A stretch of DNA of 57,244 nt from Stramenopiles sp. TOSAG23-2 (Eukaryota): the NCBI GenBank assembly GCA_900128395.1, contig LT649257.1, forward strand, positions 1-57,244, written 5' to 3'. The notes beneath the pieces are model-generated. The model saw only the letters and a program-made list of their open reading frames with translations, did not search any database and was not told the origin of the DNA. Within the stretch, counting starts at the first letter, position 1; every line of letters begins with the position of its first letter. Positions 11,864-22,482 of the stretch are shown piece by piece. The position numbers were made by a program, and so were the translations under genes.

Positions 11864-12703
11864 ATGTGTATTGGTTTTGGTGGTAGAGATGATGGTGGTG
11901 GGTACAAAGAATATCGTAGTGAACGTGCACGGTGTTTAGGGAAAGCAGTTGGAATTTGTATAGTTTTTCATTTAATATTTGCGTGTGGGCGCATCGTTTC
12001 TTATTCCTTTTTTGCTGCACTTTTTGATTTATATTTAGTATCATTTGGATATTGTGTCATTAGGCGTTATTTTCGCCATCCGGATCGAAAACCTGATCCA
12101 AGTCCTTTATTATTATGCGAATCACAACAGATTTTACTGAATTATATTATGATGTTAGCTTTTGATTTTGGGCTATCCATTCTAACAACTGTCGAATTAT
12201 TGACGTCAAAGCCTACAAATCCGCCACCAGTGGGTGTCCCTGAGTATGACTACCGCACATTGGCTATGTGGCAATGGTGGTCTGGCGTAGTGATATGCAT
12301 ATCAATGCTAATCCTATTCACTATCGAACTAATATTGGTATGGTGGTTATATAAAACTTTAGAAAATGAATATGATGATTTACGATATCCAATGTGGTTA
12401 GAAGAAGCGATACCACCATCCTCACGACAAGCTGGAGGTGGTATGCCACAAAATATGATGAATGGTGGTGCTAACAATTTTAACTTTTCACAAGGAGGAG
12501 GTGGTGGTGGCAATGGTGGTGGTGGAGGAGGAGGTACACCATTTCAATATAACAATAGCAATCGTAATGAAGAGTCTCAAAATTTAATCTCACAGGAGAC
12601 TGGTAATTCTTCTAACACTTTTGTTGGGGAAGGGCGTGCACTTGGTGGTGATAGATTACCACGAGATGCAAGACATTCTAGATTGATTGCAGAAGGGTTG
12701 TAA
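11864..12703 (+). CDS. Hypothetical multi-pass membrane protein with Gly/Asn-rich C-terminal tail
   Basis: Long ORF with about four hydrophobic segments; first ATG at 11864; no family recognised. Confidence 0.7.
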   Translation: MCIGFGGRDDGGGYKEYRSERARCLGKAVGICIVFHLIFACGRIVSYSFFAALFDLYLVSFGYCVIRRYFRHPDRKPDPSPLLLCESQQILLNYIMMLAFDFGLSILTTVELLTSKPTNPPPVGVPEYDYRTLAMWQWWSGVVICISMLILFTIELILVWWLYKTLENEYDDLRYPMWLEEAIPPSSRQAGGGMPQNMMNGGANNFNFSQGGGGGGNGGGGGGGTPFQYNNSNRNEESQNLISQETGNSSNTFVGEGRALGGDRLPRDARHSRLIAEGL

Positions 12704-12895
12704 AAAAAAGAATTCTATAAAAAAAATCATGATGTGTATTAAAATGATATGTATATATATAGATAGCTTTTATTCAAATATACGAGTACGAAGAGTATAT
12801 TTTTTTTATTTTTCTTTTATCATACTAAAATCTAAAATAAAAATATTTTTATTATAAAATTAATATAGATGTATATCTTTGTCCATCTTTCAGTT

Positions 12896-12985
12896 TAGTG
12901 AGATAGATTTGTCTCAGTTATTGTATTCTTTCTGGAGAGTAGGAATTATCATGAGTAAATTAAAAAATAAGTTAATGCATTAATT
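12896..12985 (+). repeat. Dispersed intergenic repeat family A, copy 2
   Basis: GTGAGATAGATTTGTCTCAGTTATTGTATTCTTTCTGGAGAGTAGGAATTATCATGAGTAAATTAAAAAATAA is similar to the reverse complement of 1321-1425. Confidence 0.8.
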
Positions 12986-13064
12986 AAATATTTTATGTTA
13001 TAATATATATATATATATATCCCGGATTAGGAAATTTTACAAAATGCACGCACGAAATATTATT

Positions 13065-14388
13065 TTATGGATATCTTGAACAATGATTCTCCGTAATATT
13101 CATCTTACCATCACCATTTGGTGTGCTTGGATCGATATGAAACGTATCTTTACCACTATTGCCATTATGCCAATTAATATAATGTTTATACGTCAAAACG
13201 CCATTGATCTTAATAGTATCCCAATTGCAACCGTGACAAATACAAGATGTAATAGCACCACCATTTTTTGAAAACTTCATAACTTGTGAATTAAATGCAC
13301 TTAAAAAACTTTTACCATAGTTCAAGATTGCTGTTTCTTCATCATTATTGCATTGAACATTTTTTTCTTTAATACAAGGCACTTGCAATATATTATCCAT
13401 TTGCCATTGATCGTATTTAGAGTTAAAAACGAAAAATGGTGTCTTGATAAATTGCGCCATATGAGGGGACATGAAACACTGGGGAATGTATGACATAAAT
13501 GAGTGATGTGTTAAAGAGAATGTCTTCTATAGGTTTAAAGGAATAGAATTTACTTACATAATATGGTGTTTCTGCATATGTCTTTAAACATTCAGGCATC
13601 AATGCACCTACAGTCAAATTTTGCATGTGATAAATATAATTCATCCAGTTTGGGTAGCTGGAAGAACTGTGAACATAATTAGGATGATCCAAGAAAAAAC
13701 CAACAACTGGGGCAGATTTCAACGGTGCTGCATTTGGGGCTTCTTCTTTTAAACGATTGGCAACATAATCTGAATGTAAAAACGTAGATAAACCACCAGC
13801 ACTACCACCAGTTAAAATTACATTTTCAGCTTGGTCAAGATTTAAATGTTTAAATGCATACGTAAGTGTCTCTTGTATATTAGTAAAACCACGGAAATAT
13901 AATTCTCCAACTTCTTTACCATCTTCTACAACATGCCATGGATCTTTACGGTATCCAGAAAACGATGCCCCATCGCCATATGGCATATAAATGCAATTAC
14001 AGTCCTTTTCAATTTCATTTTTATCGTTTACGTTCATACAATTACATCCCGCTTTTTTTCTAAAAAATTTTGATGAACCTAAACGAGTTTTTGAACGTGC
14101 ATAGCATAATGTTTCGTTGTAACACCAACCACCACCTTGAATCATGATAGTCCAAGATTTTGAACCAGTCGTTGATGGTACAAAATAGAAACCATAAGGC
14201 GAGCCATCAAGACACAAAGCACCTGTTTCGCTTGACAATAAGGTTAATGGCACCATAGTTTTCAATTCGCTTCGACCTATGTTGAAATCTGCAAAATCAT
14301 CATCTGTATCATCCTTAGCAGCAACTACAATTACTGAAATAATCATTAAAACAATGCTACATTGAATTAAAAAAGTAATATTATTCAT
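13065..14388 (-). CDS. Secreted pectinacetylesterase/Notum-family hydrolase; complement(join(13065..13478,13558..14388))
   Basis: Signal peptide, CLDGSP, IQGGGWC, YGDGASFSG, catalytic GGSAGG, FNSKYDQWQ and SCICH. Removing the intron joins TPYY|CFMSPH in frame. Confidence 0.92.
13479..13557 (-). other. Spliceosomal intron (79 nt, phase 0), introner-like
   Basis: GTAAGT...CCCCAG on the minus strand; reconciles the two offset ORFs; homologous to intron 3567-3647. Confidence 0.9.
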
Positions 14389-15414
14389 TATTCTTCTTTC
14401 TTAACTTTTATTTGTAATAACCTTTGCTTTGTTGAATACTTTGTTGTGATGATGTTTTGTGTGTGTGATCTGGTGATTCCTTCCTCTTCAGTCATGGGTG
14501 ATCCCTGGGTTATGCAAAACAAATAATATAACTTTTGGGAAAGTTATATATTCTAGATTCTACAGTATAAGTGTCGTATCTTAATCTATGGATTGCATGC
14601 GATTCTTCTAAAAAAAAATCATAAAATTAATAATCCATATTTTCCCATTTTCGATTTTACACTCCATACAAAAAACAATTTATCCGCAAAAAAAAAAATT
14701 CAAATAGTCGATTTAAGTACAAATAAGAATACTAAATTTTCATAGGTACCAAGTCCACATCTAGTAGGGAGTAGGGCTGGCCGGCTGGCAAGACCACACA
14801 ATACCACAATACCTGGTATTGAACCAAAAAATCTTTATACAGTACAGCATGATAATAGACGACCTATCATGATGAGGGAGTGCTAGAGCTACGAGGACGT
14901 AGCCGCCTAGTGTCTGTACTACATTCGCTCCCTATCATCAGGACCTCCATGATCCGCCATCCATTTTATTTATAATAAAAATAATATCACGTTTATTATA
15001 AAAAAATTGAATAAATGATTGATGATTATATTATAATACTACATGTTTATATATATATACAATGAAAAATACATCACTAGACGACACATTAAATGGTTTT
15101 GTTGTTTATTGTTGTTGCAGATCAAAATATTGTTATACCATTCCAGTCAATTTGTTAACCCCATTTCTTGTTTTATATTTATTTTCAATAGTTCATATCG
15201 ATATTCATATCTAATCTATATTTATACACATTTATTTAGTATATATATATATATAAATATTGATATAAAGATAAATTTTGAACTATCTATTTATTGTTGT
15301 GGATTTGGAAAGTATTTAATATAATAAAAGTCATTATTATATAAATATTATAAACACACATTCACATAAACGTAGTAAAAATAAGAGAAATATTATAGTT
15401 ATAGTATTGTGAAT

Positions 15415-18400
15415 ATGGATATTGACTTAGGTGATGAGATTGACTTGGAGGATGATGAAAACTTTAATGATGGTGGTGCAGAGATTGGTGGTGGTGTGGA
15501 CGATGGTATGAACGAGGAGAACTTTGACGAAGCCATTAATCAAGAACATGTTTGGATCGTTATTACAAAATTTTTCGATGAAAGAGGTCTAGTAAAACAA
15601 CAAATTGATTCATTCGACGAGTTTATTAATACTACGTTACAAACAGCCGTAAATGAGAAAGATACGCACCAAATTTATCCACAAAAGCAGTATATGCCAG
15701 GTGCAGATGACGATTTAACAGATGAGGCAGATACATATTATGAGGTAAAGTTTGATCAAGTATTTTTAGCAGGTCCAACAATTACGGAACAAGACGGTGT
15801 CTCAAGGGCTTTTGATCCACGTGAAGCACGTTTACGGAGTCTGACCTATGCTGCCCCATTGTACGTTGATGTTACCGGTACATGGTACAAAGTTGAGACC
15901 GATATTAGTGTCAGGAGGGAACGTAAATTGAATGGCATGAAAAATTTAGATAATCAATTTGGGGAATCAAAAGAGTTACCTAAACAATATTTAGGTGATA
16001 TACCTTTGATGTTACGTTCACAATTTTGTTTGCTTAGTGGAAAAACTGATAAAGACTTGACAGACTTAGGAGAATGCATTTACGATCAAGGTGGTTACTT
16101 CGTTATCAACGGCGGGGAAAAAGTTATTGTAGCGCAGGAAAGGTTGAATGCAAATACAATATATTGTTTCCAAAAGAAGCAACCAAACAAGTTTTCTTGG
16201 ACATGTGATATTCGTAGTGCGATACCAGGAAATCCAAGGCCACCGCAAGCAGTTGAATTGATGATGTATAATAAAAGTCCAAATGGGCAAAGTCATGAAG
16301 GGAATCAGATATATTGCCAGTTGCCATATTTGCGAACGGCAATACCTGTGGTAATTCTTTTCCGGGCACTCGGGTTAGAATCAGATAGAGAGATTTTACA
16401 GCGTATATGTTACGATTTTAATGATACGGAAATGATGGAACGCTTTCGACCGTCGTTAGAGGAATCGAAAGTGATTACGAGTCAAACTATGGCATTGGAT
16501 TACATTGGAAGTCGTGGTAGTGCTATCAATGTAAGTCGTAACAAGCGTATACAATATGCCAAGAAAGCAGTGTTGCAAAAAAACTTTTTGCCTCATATGA
16601 GTCAAAAAAAAGGCACGGAATCAGAGAAAGCATATTTTTTAGGATACATGGTAAATAAATTATTAAGATGTTCACTAGGTCGAATTACGGAGGATGATCG
16701 TGATCATTACTCCAATAAACGTTTGGATTTAGCAGGGCCTTTAATGGCTCAGTTGTTTCGTACGCAATTCAAAGTTATGGCAGGAGAAATGCATAAATAC
16801 ATGAAGAAACAAATAGACAATGGGAAGCAAATTAATTTAAGTTTAGCAATTAGAGCGCGTATTATTACACACGGTCTACGTTATTCATTGGCAACTGGTA
16901 ATTGGGGCGAGCAAAAAATTGCAAATGGTGGCGGTGTAAAAGCTGGTGTAGCGCAAGTATTAAATCGTATGACCTTCATGGCCTCATTGTCGCATTTGCG
17001 ACGAATTAACACACCATTAGCAAGAAGTGGAAAACAAGCAAGGCCGCGTCAATTGCACAATACGCATTGGGGTATGCTTTGCCCCGCCGAAGTACCAGAA
17101 GGCCAAGCTGTTGGTTTGGTAAAAAATTTAGCTTTAATGTCCTACGTTGCGGTTGGACAAGATGCTGAAAATGTCATTAATAATCTATCTGATTATGGTG
17201 TGGAAAATCTAGAAGAAATTACACCAAGCGATATACACGTCAATTCAAAAGTGTTTGTGAATGGGAAATGGGTAGGTTTAACACGGGATCCAGCGCAATT
17301 GGTTCATTCCTTTCGCAGCTTTCGTCGTGGACATGGAGATGACGAGGCAGTCATTGATATCGAAACAAGTGTTGTTAGAGATATGACGATGAAGGAAGTT
17401 CGATTCTTTACGGATCCTGGAAGAACAATGAGACCATTGTTTATTGTGAAAGATGGAGATTTGTTGATCAAACGGGAACATATTGAGAAGATGAGAGATA
17501 ACAAATTAAGCTTTTCCGGTTTAGTACGCGAAGGTTTAGTCGAGTATGTTGATGTGTCCGAGGAGGAAACCATCATGATTGCTATGGATAGAGATGAATT
17601 GACAACTGGTAAATATTCCAGCACATATACACATTGTGAAATCCACACGGCGATGTTGTTAGGTATATGCGCTTCTATTATTCCATTCCCTGATCATAAC
17701 CAATCGCCTAGAAACACGTACCAAAGTGCTATGGGTAAGCAGGCACTTGGTGTGTACGCATCTAATTACCAAATTCGTATGGATACGTTAGCGCATGTTT
17801 TGTATTACGCGCAATCGCCATTAGTAACGACGCATTCTATGGAATACATGCATTTTCGATTTTTACCCGCCGGTATCAATGCCATTGTTGGCATCATGGT
17901 TTACGGAGGCTACAACCAGGAGGATAGTGTACTTTTTAATCACAGTGCTGTCGATCGTGGTCTTTTCCGTTCTATGTTTTATCGTACATTTAACGATGTG
18001 GAAGAAGGCGATCAAGCAACTGGTACTGGCGGCATGTCATTATTTGGCAAGCCAGAGCGAGATACTCTTGGTTTGAAACAAGGTAATTATGATAAATTAG
18101 ACGATGATGGTTTGGTAGCACCTGGTGTTAGAGTTAGTGCAAATGATGTTTTGATAGGTAAGACGAAACCTATGGCAGATATGATAAGTGAGCAACAGAC
18201 AGGCTCTCAAAGGGTTGTGAAACGCAAAGATGACAGCACTGCAATGAGATCAAATGAAAGTGGTATTGTTGATAAAGTGATGTTGACAACAAATAAGAAA
18301 GGATATAAATTTTGCAAAGTGAGAGTTAGGAACATACGTATACCACAAGTTGGTGATAAATTCGCGTCCAGGCATGGGCAGAAAGGTACTATCGGTATGT

Positions 18401-19119
18401 TGTATAGGCAAGAAGACATGCCATTTACTATGGATGGTATCGTCCCAGATATTATTGTAAATCCACACGCTATCCCTTCACGGATGACAATCGGTCATTT
18501 AGTGGAATGTTTATTAAGCAAAGTCGGTGCATTATCTGGAGAAGAAGGGGATGCTTCTCCATTTTCTGATTTAACAGTGGAAAATGTATCCCAAACGTTG
18601 CATGAATATGGGTACCAAAAACGTGGGAACGAGCAAATGTACAATGGCCATACGGGTAATCCATTACATGCGAAGATATTTTTAGGTCCAACATACTACC
18701 AAAGATTAAAACATATGGTGGATGATAAGATCCACGCTCGTGGCCGTGGCCCTGTTGTTAATTTGACGCGTCAGCCACAAGAAGGTCGTGCGAGAGAAGG
18801 AGGATTAAGATTTGGAGAGATGGAACGGGATTGTATGATTTCACATGGTTCTGTTTGTATGTTACGGGATCGTATGTTTTGGAATTCAGATCCATACCGA
18901 GTTCATGTTTGCGACTCGTGTGGATATTTTTGTAGGGCAGATTTAGACACCCAAACGTTTGTTTGTAAATCACCATCATGTGCTAATCGTAATGTGACAT
19001 TTTCGCAAGTTCATATACCATATGCTTGTAAGTTATTATTTCAAGAGTTGATGGCTATGAGTATCGCACCAAGAATTTTCACCCATACCGAAGATGCTGA
19101 AAAATTTCAAAATAATTAA
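15415..19119 (+). CDS. RPB2: DNA-directed RNA polymerase II second-largest subunit
   Basis: GGYFVINGGEKV, DDRDHYSNKRLDLAGPL, PRQLHNTHWG, DHNQSPRNTYQSAMGKQA, GDKFASRHGQKG and GGLRFGEMERDC; intronless; first ATG at 15415. Confidence 0.99.
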   Translation: MDIDLGDEIDLEDDENFNDGGAEIGGGVDDGMNEENFDEAINQEHVWIVITKFFDERGLVKQQIDSFDEFINTTLQTAVNEKDTHQIYPQKQYMPGADDDLTDEADTYYEVKFDQVFLAGPTITEQDGVSRAFDPREARLRSLTYAAPLYVDVTGTWYKVETDISVRRERKLNGMKNLDNQFGESKELPKQYLGDIPLMLRSQFCLLSGKTDKDLTDLGECIYDQGGYFVINGGEKVIVAQERLNANTIYCFQKKQPNKFSWTCDIRSAIPGNPRPPQAVELMMYNKSPNGQSHEGNQIYCQLPYLRTAIPVVILFRALGLESDREILQRICYDFNDTEMMERFRPSLEESKVITSQTMALDYIGSRGSAINVSRNKRIQYAKKAVLQKNFLPHMSQKKGTESEKAYFLGYMVNKLLRCSLGRITEDDRDHYSNKRLDLAGPLMAQLFRTQFKVMAGEMHKYMKKQIDNGKQINLSLAIRARIITHGLRYSLATGNWGEQKIANGGGVKAGVAQVLNRMTFMASLSHLRRINTPLARSGKQARPRQLHNTHWGMLCPAEVPEGQAVGLVKNLALMSYVAVGQDAENVINNLSDYGVENLEEITPSDIHVNSKVFVNGKWVGLTRDPAQLVHSFRSFRRGHGDDEAVIDIETSVVRDMTMKEVRFFTDPGRTMRPLFIVKDGDLLIKREHIEKMRDNKLSFSGLVREGLVEYVDVSEEETIMIAMDRDELTTGKYSSTYTHCEIHTAMLLGICASIIPFPDHNQSPRNTYQSAMGKQALGVYASNYQIRMDTLAHVLYYAQSPLVTTHSMEYMHFRFLPAGINAIVGIMVYGGYNQEDSVLFNHSAVDRGLFRSMFYRTFNDVEEGDQATGTGGMSLFGKPERDTLGLKQGNYDKLDDDGLVAPGVRVSANDVLIGKTKPMADMISEQQTGSQRVVKRKDDSTAMRSNESGIVDKVMLTTNKKGYKFCKVRVRNIRIPQVGDKFASRHGQKGTIGMLYRQEDMPFTMDGIVPDIIVNPHAIPSRMTIGHLVECLLSKVGALSGEEGDASPFSDLTVENVSQTLHEYGYQKRGNEQMYNGHTGNPLHAKIFLGPTYYQRLKHMVDDKIHARGRGPVVNLTRQPQEGRAREGGLRFGEMERDCMISHGSVCMLRDRMFWNSDPYRVHVCDSCGYFCRADLDTQTFVCKSPSCANRNVTFSQVHIPYACKLLFQELMAMSIAPRIFTHTEDAEKFQNN

Positions 19120-19959
19120 AAAAAACAAGTTATGAAATAGCAAAAAAGCTCCTTTTTATTAAACATGTACAAGACACGTATAAAAAGTAAAATAAATTAC
19201 ACACATATATATATTATATTATATAATATGTAAGAGGTACGATACCTGGTAGTATTATAAAAATGCAAAAAAGTGTTTCTAGATAAATTTTTTGCATATA
19301 CGTCGATCGTAACAATAATAATTTATATCATCCTTGCAGGTACAGTCCATATTTTTTTAATAATACTCTCAGTATTTGTCTATAATAATATCGATAGCTG
19401 GATAGCTGGATAGCCTGGATATATGTAGCCGCCTACCACGTGGTAGCTCTAAGCTGGTAAGCCTGGTAAGCCAGTAAGCCTGGATAGACGACGACACGAC
19501 GACACTAACACGACGACTAATTAATTCTTCTTCTATATCTATCTATCATATCTTCCTAAAAATAATACAAAAATTGTACCTATGTGGTATAAGCTCTAAT
19601 ATAATACATACCACCAGTATACCAAGTACTGATGTGTACTGTGTAATTAATACTCTTACTTACATAATAAAAAAAAAATTGCCGTACGGCGAGAGCCCTG
19701 CATTAGGTCTGGATTTCATTCGAGGGGAGTAGGCACAGCGATGGAGTGTATCGGAAATTAAGGAGGGTTTTGGCAGCTTGATATCAATCTATCTAAATCA
19801 TGATTTAGATTTAGATTCGGTTTAGGTTGGCTAAACATCATAGGGGATATTGGTCTTCTGAGTGTAGTTGAGGCATAGTGTAATATCGTATTTATTGTTG
19901 TAAGGTATTAATATATTAGTGATAATAATTGCAAGAAATTCGGTCTTCATTTAATAGAA

Positions 19960-21934
19960 TTAAGTTGTCAGATGAATGTTGTTTAAGACTACCCCGATTG
20001 GTGAATACTCGATCTTATTATTAGATGCTTCCTCGGTCTTATTATTAGATGCTTCCTCAATCTTATTATTAGATGATTCCTCGATCTTATTATTAGATGA
20101 TTCTAACCCCTTTTTAATACCTAAACTCTTGTTGTTATTTACTAATAAACTTTGTATGTCAGTAATATTAAACCTCTCTTTTTTTCCATATATATTAAAC
20201 CTCTTTTTTTCTTTTTTTTTCATAATATTATTACCAGATAGGTCCAACGTTACATTGTATCTTTTTCTTTTTAATGCATCTTGGATACTTTGTACATCGG
20301 TAATATTATTATCAGCTAGATTCAATTCTGTTAATGCATTGTTTGTTTTCAATCCTTCACCAATACTTTGTACATCGGTAATATTATTATCATAAAAACT
20401 TTGCACATCAGTAATATTATTATTATTTAGGTACAATGACGTTAATGCATTGTTTGTTTTCAATCCTTCACCAATACTTTGTACATCGGTAATATTATTA
20501 TTATATAGGTTCAATTCCGTTAATGCATTGTTTGTTTTCAATCCTTCACCAATACTTTGTACATCGGTAATATTATTATTCACCAATACTTTGTACATCA
20601 GTAATATTATTACTATTTAGGCCCAATATCTTTAATGTATTGTTTCTTTTCAATGCTTCATAAAAACTTTGCACATCAGTAATATTATTATTATTTAGGT
20701 ACAATGACGTTAATGCATTGTTTGTTTTCAATCCTTCACCAATACTTTGTACATCGGTAATATTATTACCATTTAGGTCCAATCTCGTTAATGTATGGTT
20801 TGTTTTCAATCCTTCACCAATACTTTGTACATCGGTAATATTATTATAAGCTAGGTACAAGTCCTCTAATGTATTGTTTGTTTTCAATCCTTCACCAATA
20901 CTTTGTACATCAGTAATATTATTACCCCATAGGTCCAATATCTTTAATGTATGGTTTGTTTTTAATGCTTCACCAATACTTTGTACATCAGTAATATTAT
21001 TATTATTTAGGTACAATGACGTTAATGCTTTGTTTGTTTTTAATCCTTCACCAATACTTTGTACATCAGTAATATTATTACTATTTAGGCCCAATATCTT
21101 TAATGTATTGTTTCTTTTCAATGCTTCATAAAAAATTCGCGCATCAGTACTTGTAATATTATTATTATCTAGGTACAACTTTGTTAATGTATTGTTTCTT
21201 TTCAATGCTTCATAAAAACTTTGCACATCAGTAATATTATTATTATTTAGGTCCAAGTACTTTAATGTATTGTTTATGTTTAATGCATGACCAATACTTT
21301 GAATATTTGCAATATTATTATTATCCAATCGCAACATATATAACGTCTTGTTCGTTTTTAAAAATTCCCCTATAATTTTTACATTTGTAATCTTATTACC
21401 AGTCAAGGTCAATTCCTTTATTGTATTCTTCATTTTTAATATTTTAAAAATTGCGACGCTTTGTTCATATGTGATATTATTATTTTGTAGGTCCATGGCC
21501 TCATTATTATCAGGCCCATTATTATTCAATAGCCGATATATCTCATTTTTCTTTACTATTATGACAGGTGTACTTGGTTTTCTTACAGTTTTCTTGGTCT
21601 TCTTACAATGTTGTAGTCCCAGTATTCCTGGGTTATATAGTATGTTGTTATCCGTATAACATACTGTTCTTCTTTTCCATTTCCATTTTCTTATTCCCGT
21701 TCTTCTCCTATCTGCTTCTTCTTCTCTTTTTCTTTTCTGCTTTGCTGTGAATTGTTTGCTATGCCGATATCTACCTCGTGAAGTGGAGTGTTTTACTCCA
21801 GTTCGATGTTTTGCAACTGCTTCTCTGTTTTTTTTGTTTTTCAACAGGAGTTTCGATTTAATATCCTCTTGCTCTTTTCTATATTTTCGTTTTCTTTCTC
21901 TTTCTCTTTTTTGGTTTAGACTATGCTGTTTCAT
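19960..21934 (-). pseudogene. RI-like leucine-rich-repeat gene (26-aa repeats) with basic N-terminus; frameshifted at ~20579 (ORFs 20576..21934 and 19960..20598)
   Basis: About 15 repeats of type NNITDVQSIGEGLKTNxxLxxLxLxx. A 44-nt deletion relative to the 78-nt module creates TAA at 20576-20578, and the array continues in another frame. The first ORF could still make a truncated 452-aa protein. Confidence 0.85.
20010..20105 (-). repeat. 24-bp coding tandem repeat (EE[A/S]SNNK[I/T]), about 4 copies
   Basis: TCTTATTATTAGATG[CA]TTCCTC recurs with a 24-nt period. Confidence 0.85.
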
Positions 21935-22248
21935 ATGTAATAATCTAATAAAATAATTGATTTCTAAAATGATTTTGTTTAAAAATACACGTACTTCGTA
22001 CTTTACTACCGCTTCTCGGTAATAATATATTTTAACACTCTCCTTCCTTTCTTCTCTCGTTCGTAATGACTTCTCCTGAAAGTCTTAACGTTTTATATTA
22101 ATATTTGAATCCTCTATCTGTATATTACGTATATTTTACACACTCTCTATACCACTTTCTATGTTATATCTGTTATGGCATACATATGTGTGAAAACAAC
22201 AACTTGGATTTATGTTTATCAACACTCCATGCTGTGCTCCTACTAATA

Positions 22249-22482
22249 TTTCAGGCAGGTTTCAGGCAGGTTTCAGGCTGGTTTCAGGCTGGTTTCAGGC
22301 AGGTTTCAGGCAGGTTTCAGGCTAGTTTCAGGCAGGTTTCAGGCAGGTTTCAGGCAGGTCACAGGCAAATCAGGAAATCGCAGGAAAATCGCAGGAAAAT
22401 CGCAGGAAAATCGCAGGAAAATCGCAGGAAAATCGCAGGAAAATCGCAGGAAAATCGCAGGAAAATCGCAGTTAAATCGCAG
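22249..22482. repeat. Two abutting 11-bp tandem arrays: (TTTCAGGCWGG) ~10 copies, then (CAGGAAAATCG) ~9-10 copies
   Basis: Directly visible; followed by two ~38-bp repeats CCCTGCTGTGT..ACAGGTGACGGAAAAG at 22550-22624. Confidence 0.95.

Noticed and set aside
20260-21300. CRISPR-like pattern of constant repeats with variable spacers
   Set aside because: The period is 78 nt and in frame; the variable parts are mutually homologous LRR strands. No cas genes, eukaryotic context.
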